Positions 50,155-55,415 of a stretch of DNA of 55,415 nucleotides are shown here, piece after piece. Each line of letters begins with the position of its first letter. Position 1 is the first letter of the stretch. A program made the position numbers and the translations under genes. The stretch spans positions 1 through 55,415 of the forward strand of contig KZ538661.1 in assembly GCA_000934665.2 (NCBI GenBank), in the 5' to 3' direction. This DNA comes from Catajapyx aquilonaris. Its lineage: Eukaryota. A model generated the notes under the pieces. That model was not told the DNA's origin and made no database searches. It saw only the letters and a list, made by a program, of their open reading frames with translations.

Positions 50155-53100
50155 ATGGCCACATACAACGGGAAGCCTGTCAAGACTGCAGGGTCCTACG
50201 ACCAGGACGAGGTGGAGTCGGACTACGAGGGAGAAGAGCAGCCCTTCTTTCCCAACACTGTGAGGCTCAGGCAGTCGGAGATTGACGTGAGGTAAGCTGC
50301 CAATGGGACAGACGACGTAGGAAAGTCCAATAAATTACAACTCCCTGTTGGCAAGGTTTTGTCAGTGGAAAAGGGAATGAAGAAGGCGATTTGGTCAACT
50401 TCCTCTTGGATTAATCTACTGAGACAGTTTTATCTTCACACTATTATTACACCCAGTATTTGACAATAGGGAATATATTTTTGAAATGCATAATTTGAGC
50501 TATTTGGCAGGGACAACTCCTGCGCCACTCAAAAAGCCTGAGACCCATCTTCAGGCAGGAAGGTGGCAGATTTCAATGATGTTAACATTGCAATACCAGG
50601 GTGTTGAAAGTACAGTCATCTGATTTACCATTCAGTTTGGCTCAAAACTACAAGTACGAGGGTGAATCAAATGAAACCCATTCTTGGCGTCTGGAGCAGA
50701 TACTGCTGGACACAGACTTGAAACATCCAGCACAGCAAGATAGTGCCAATACCATCTAAATGCATAGGTTAGAGCAGCCCTATGACACTCCTCTAATATG
50801 GTAGGGTAATTACTGTGTCTCGGCCAGGGTGAAATTTGGTGCTGGCGGCGCTTCATCGTTCGCTCTACTGCCATCTTGTCAAGGTGCACTCAAGTGGTAA
50901 GTCTGCGGAAGCAAAGAAGGATTGAGCCAATCACGGCAGACTCACCCGCTACCAACCACCAGATGCACCTTGACAAGATGGTAGTATAGCGAATGATGAA
51001 GCGCCGCCAGCGCCAAATTTCACCCTGGCCGAGACACAGTAATTACCCTACCTTATCCATGCAGCTATGGGGGATGTGTCAAGGGGCTGGGTTAGAGTCT
51101 GCATGTGCATACTGTGGTTACTACCATAGCCAATCCAAGATGGGGTGCTCCCTGTCGCACGTGCCCAAGCAGGATCAACACATTGTTATTCAATTTCTGA
51201 TGACCGAGGGCAATATAACCGGGGAAATCTATCTCAAGATGCTTATGGTGTACAGGGCCTGCTGTGTGGCAAAGACAATCGTCATGGTGTGGTGCTGACG
51301 ATTCCGAAATGGCAGACAATCGACAGCCTACCTTCCCCGACCAGGGCAGGCGAGGCCAGCAGTCACACATGCCATCATTACACATGTGGACCAGCTGATA
51401 AGGGAGGATCGTGTGGGTGCAATTTGTCTTATTTGGATGTGATAGTCTTAGTTATGGGACAACGGATTGTACATTTGTCCATGACCACTGGAGTACCGCA
51501 AGATTAGCGCACACTGGGCACCCAAGGTCCTGACTATAAAGCAGAAGGATCTGGGCATGGGATTGTCATTGGAACATCTTCAGTACCAGCACCACTCCAT
51601 GACAGTTGTCTGCCATGCAGCTGTCACCATACACCATCAGGTCTCCGAGGTGCTACCCAAAAGTTCGCGAACTGACACCAGTACTTTAGAACCGCATATA
51701 GTTTGTCACTACTGTACCACTCTCGGTAGTGCTGCAGGTGACCTTTCTGAACTACAAGTGGCTGCATCTGAGGTTGAATGGACCAGTTTCTGTGGGCAGT
51801 TTTGTAGTGTTGTGTTTGGTGCATTCTGGTGCATTCTATCTGGGGGTGAAAATGGATGGCCTAAAATAACAGCGTAAATTTTGTTTCAAACTGGACAAAA
51901 GTGCTGGAAACTCACAAGATGCTACAAGAAGCCTTCAGTGACAATGTTTTAGGGACATAGAAATGATATAATCAGGGTTCAACGATGGCCGCATTTCAAT
52001 TGAAGATGACGATCGTTCTGGACGTCCTGTGAAGAGCACAACCCCATAGAAAGTGGGTAAAATTATTCTCAAATCTTCTTTCTTGCAGCTTAATTTTCAT
52101 TTTCGGGTTAGGAAGAAGTCGCAGGGAGCTAAATCTGGCGAAAAAGGTGGCTGAGGAAGGGCATTCGAAGGAAACGCCTCACAAAGTGGCAGGAGAACAT
52201 CATCATGACAACTTGCGCGTTCACCCCGCGTTTGCCGCGCAGCAGTTTTTGCCGTCCCAAAACATGAAGGTAGTCCCTTATGGCCTTATCCACCTTTTTC
52301 GCCAGATTTACCTCCCTGTGACTTCTTCCTATTCTCGAAAATGGAAATTATGCTGAAAGGAAGAAGATTTGACTCAGTTAACCAGGTCCACGAAGAATCG
52401 CGGGTGGTGCTGAGAGCCCTAACAAAAATGACTTCCATAAACCATTCCAATCGTGTGAAGAGCACTGGAATTGGTATCTATGTTCCAAAGGGGACTACTT
52501 CAAAGGTGATTAAGGAAAATAAGGTGTGTGGTAAGCTCGTTTTTTAGAAAAAAATCAGTTTGTGAACGTTTGGGTAGCACCTCGTATTGCCTTTGGTCAT
52601 TAGAAATGGAATAACAACGAGCTGATCCCAATTGGGCATGCTCAATAGGGCACATGTCGTCTTGGATTGGCTGTGGCAGCATGCACGGTATGCGCACCTA
52701 TGCATTTAGAAGATATTGGTACTATTTTGCTCTGGTGGAAGTTTCAATTCCTGCATTCAGCACTATCCTCTCCAGACACACGAACAGGTTTAATTCGATT
52801 TGCCCTGAAACTAATACTAATTTACTGGAAGTAAAGAGAACACCCATATAATGAGCCTCTAAGGTGCAACAAGTTCCACTGCTTATGCCGATTGCACCAA
52901 CCGAAATTACAGATCTGATAGCTCCTAATGGATTGTTAGGAGCCCTTTTGACATGTGCTAACGATCTGTTAGGAGCTGTCGAAGCGGTCATTTCGTTCGT
53001 GCAATCGGGCATTAGTCCACCTTTTTACCAACTATCCCCATTGTGCTTTCACAACATGATCTGTAAAATGACAATTCACTTTCTTTCCAGAAGCTTGATG

Positions 53101-54927
53101 GAAAATAAATTAGTATCCTTTGAGGTTGAGCATGAACCTGCACAGGCTGAAGCTTGCAACGCCTACGGAGGTGCTTGTGCTGATGCTGGGTCTGCTCTAG
53201 GGTTGGGGCTATGTGATGACTTTAATGATGGAGATGAAGCTTCTCCTTTCACTCGCCTTGCACAAATGATGACTGATCTGACACCGGATGGTGGAATCAA
53301 GAAGTGTGTGAAAACTGCTGGAAGTGGGCCAGTTGTTCCCCAAAAAGCCAGGGTCAAGTTTCACTACGATGCATTTCTGGAATGTGCAGATGAGCCATTT
53401 GATTCAACCTACCTTCAGCATCAGGCCAAGTGGTTCACTCTGGGTCGGAATGAGATAATTCCAGGGCTAGAGATTGGAATTAGCACCATGAAGCAAGGAG
53501 AGATTGCCATCTTGTTAGTGCAGCCCAGATATGCCTACAGAGAGGCAGGTTGTCCCCCTAGGGTGCCGCCAAATGCAGTGGTAGCTTTCAAAGTGGAGCT
53601 TTGCTTCTTCATAGAGAGCTTGTTTCACAGCAAGGAGGAGAAGAAAGCAGCTGGATTTAAGCGGGTGTATGAAGCGGCAGAGGCATTAAAAGAAGAGGGA
53701 AATAGCATTTTCAAAGTAAGAGACAAGTGGGGACAATATTGATAGTGATACACCTTAGCAACTTGTTGGTGAAAAATGAATTAGCAAGTAGGCTGACATG
53801 CTCTTGTCTTTCCCATATTGTTTTTTCTTGCCCCCGTGCGCTACTACTACTACTACTACTACTACAGACATGTGGGTAAGCCTCCCCACCCGGCCACCTC
53901 TACTCCCCCATGAAATTTGCCACCAAACCCAACCCCCCGCCCCACCAGATTTTGTAGACCCAAGGTCCAAAATCTCTCAGATTCCAGTCATACATTGGAA
54001 ATTGGCAGACAGGTCTGTCATTTTTCCCTCTGAACAGCCCTTAAACAACCCCCTTCCCGTTGGTTATAAAATCTCTTAGCCAAGCACGGTTAGGAGTGGT
54101 TAAGCACTAAATGCCATCCTTATATCAGAGGTTGGTTAACTTTGCAACTTGAGGAATGACTAGTGGCTTTAAACGGCCATGTATAAGTTAACCAACCTCT
54201 CGAAATTCAGCTCAAAAACATTCCGTTAACATGGCGGGGCCATACTGGGAAAGTGAGGAAAGCCAAATGGGGAGGGAGGAATTCACAAAATGATATTTAG
54301 GGAGAACTGGAAGGTGCAAAGCCATCTCATTTATTCTCTTGTCAACTATGAAGGTGCGTTTACATGTGAGGGATTTGATCTCGCGATGTCATCGCCGAGC
54401 AATAACATCTCTGAATAACCAGAGTAACCAGTATTGTATGAGGCAAAATTCGATTGTTACCTTTACCTCAAACAATATTGGTTACTCAGCAATGTTATAG
54501 CTCAGCAAAGACTTTGCTCGTCAAATCACTTCACTACACACTACCAACATAGCATCTCCAGCAAATTAATTCTAAATGATCACATTATCCTTATGGAAAA
54601 CCTTGGGAGCCTGTTCATAAGTATGGATCATCGTTAACTAGATTGTCTGTAACCGGGGTACTTCCTGTATGTTTTTTGTGAAAGGCTTAGTGTAACCTTT
54701 TCCCCCCTTAGGATCGCCAATACAACATGGCTATCTCGAAGTACAAGAGTGCCCTTCGGACCCTAGAAGATATTTCAGTCTACTGTGATGAAGAGGACGA
54801 GATGCGCAATCGACTGGAGGTCGACCTCTACGTAAATATGGCATTGTGCTTTCTCAAGAAGCTGCAGCCTAAAGCAGCTTGTATGAAATGTCAGGAGGCA
54901 CTTAGGCTTGATCCCAACAATGTCAAG
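50155..54927 (+). CDS. FKBP6: FKBP6/shutdown-like FKBP-type PPIase with TPR domain (5' part; continues beyond the window)
   Basis: Exons 50155-50291, 53091-53715 and 54712-54927. The FKBP domain has SPFTRL...DLTPDGGIKK, HYDAFLECADEPFDST and YAYREAGCPPRVPPNA, followed by TPR helices (KEEGNSIFK...AISKYKSA...LYVNMALCFLK...ALRLDPNNVK). A single FKBP domain plus TPR with HY..FLE..EPFDS fits FKBP6/Shu better than FKBP4/5. Confidence 0.82.
50657..51590 (+). mobile_element. Mariner relic, family 1 (5' half, decayed transposase)
   Basis: Starts TA|CGAGGGTGAATCAAATGAAA. Remnant of the transposase N-terminus QDQHIVIQFLMTEG...EIYLKMLMVY...VMVWC*RFRNGRQS...PRPG, with stops and frameshifts. Confidence 0.7.
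50799..51053. mobile_element. MITE nested in the mariner relic
   Basis: TIRs of about 90 bp (GGTAGGGTAATTACTGTGTCTCGGCCAGGGTG... / ...CACCCTGGCCGAGACACAGTAATTACCCTACC), flanked by TA. Confidence 0.85.
51591..52808 (-). mobile_element. Inverted second copy of the family 1 mariner 5' end, interrupted by the family 2 element
   Basis: The reverse complement of 52587-52808 aligns with 50657-50775 and 51140-51215. The reverse complement of 51591-51643 aligns with about 51240-51290. Confidence 0.7.
51646..52584 (+). mobile_element. Mariner relic, family 2, internally deleted, both TIRs present
   Basis: TIRs CGAGGTGCTACCCAAAAGTTC / GAACGTTTGGGTAGCACCTCG|TA. Transposase remnants GRISIEDDDRSGRP, HHDN and FSPDLPPCDFFLFSKM...LKGRRF (the mariner YSPDLAPxDF motif), frameshifted. 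Confidence 0.85.
53841..53864. repeat. (CTA)8 microsatellite
   Basis: ctactactac... tract in FKBP6 intron 2. Confidence 0.9.
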
Positions 54928-54967
54928 GTAACCAATCTGAAATATTTTAGCCCCTCAATAGACCGTA

Positions 54968-55302
54968 CAGTACTGGACAAATTAGCCGTCGCTGAAGGTT
55001 TTTTTTCGGCGGCTGCGGCGGCGACGTTACCTGGCAACCCTGTCCGGCGTGCCAATTCAAACATCAACCCATGGAGAGTGCTTCCATTGTTGCCACTGTT
55101 TACAAATCGAGTGAGTGAGTGCGCAGGCAGAAGAGACTCGTCGCTAGGTCGTCCGCGTCACTCACTCGATTTGTAAACAGTGGCAACAATGGAAGCGCTC
55201 TCCTTGGGCTGATGTTTGAATTGGCCCGCCGGACAAGGTTGCCAGGTAACGCGGCCGCCGCCGGAAAAAAACATTCAGCGACGGCTATTATGTCCAGCAG
55301 TG
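54968..55302. mobile_element. Tc1-like foldback MITE in FKBP6 intron 3
   Basis: Inverted arms of about 150 bp (CAGTACTGGACAAATTAGCCGTCGCTGAA... / ...TTCAGCGACGGCTATTATGTCCAGCAGTG), with TA on both sides. Confidence 0.85.
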
Positions 55303-55415
55303 TACAACAATGGGGATGTAGCCTTGGTCTGGGATTTGGGATTTTTGTTCATAACTAGCTAGCCCATGCCTGTAAACATACATTCCATCACTCTGTTGCA
55401 TCAAAATGACATTAC

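Noticed and set aside
1..55415. CRISPR arrays, operons or other prokaryotic and viral systems
   Set aside because: No regularly spaced direct repeats and no intronless gene clusters. All genes are spliced eukaryotic genes.

Overview
Eukaryotic genomic DNA with small GT-AG introns (many 55-100 nt), most likely from an arthropod. There are no prokaryotic features and no CRISPR array. From left to right: (1) the first coding exon of wingless/Wnt1 on the minus strand, with the rest of the gene off the left edge; (2) about 15.4 kb of non-coding, enhancer-like DNA; (3) a complete five-exon Wnt9-type gene transcribed away from wg, matching the known Wnt9-Wnt1 cluster arrangement; (4) tRNA-Ser(AGA); (5) three tandem DUF229-family genes; (6) DNAJB11/ERdj3; (7) a head-to-head pair of genes for orphan secreted proteins, one a small Gly/Trp/Tyr-rich prepropeptide; (8) LENG1, head-to-head with the 5' part of FKBP6/shutdown. 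Introns and spacers contain several MITEs, tRNA-derived SINEs and nested mariner relics. The two most striking observations are an otherwise intact Wnt9 that has cleanly lost the Frizzled-binding finger-tip motif (xxWCC) and the orphan secreted gene pair sharing a 207-bp promoter. All gene models were built by eye from splice signals and reading phase, and family assignments rest on recalled motifs rather than database searches.
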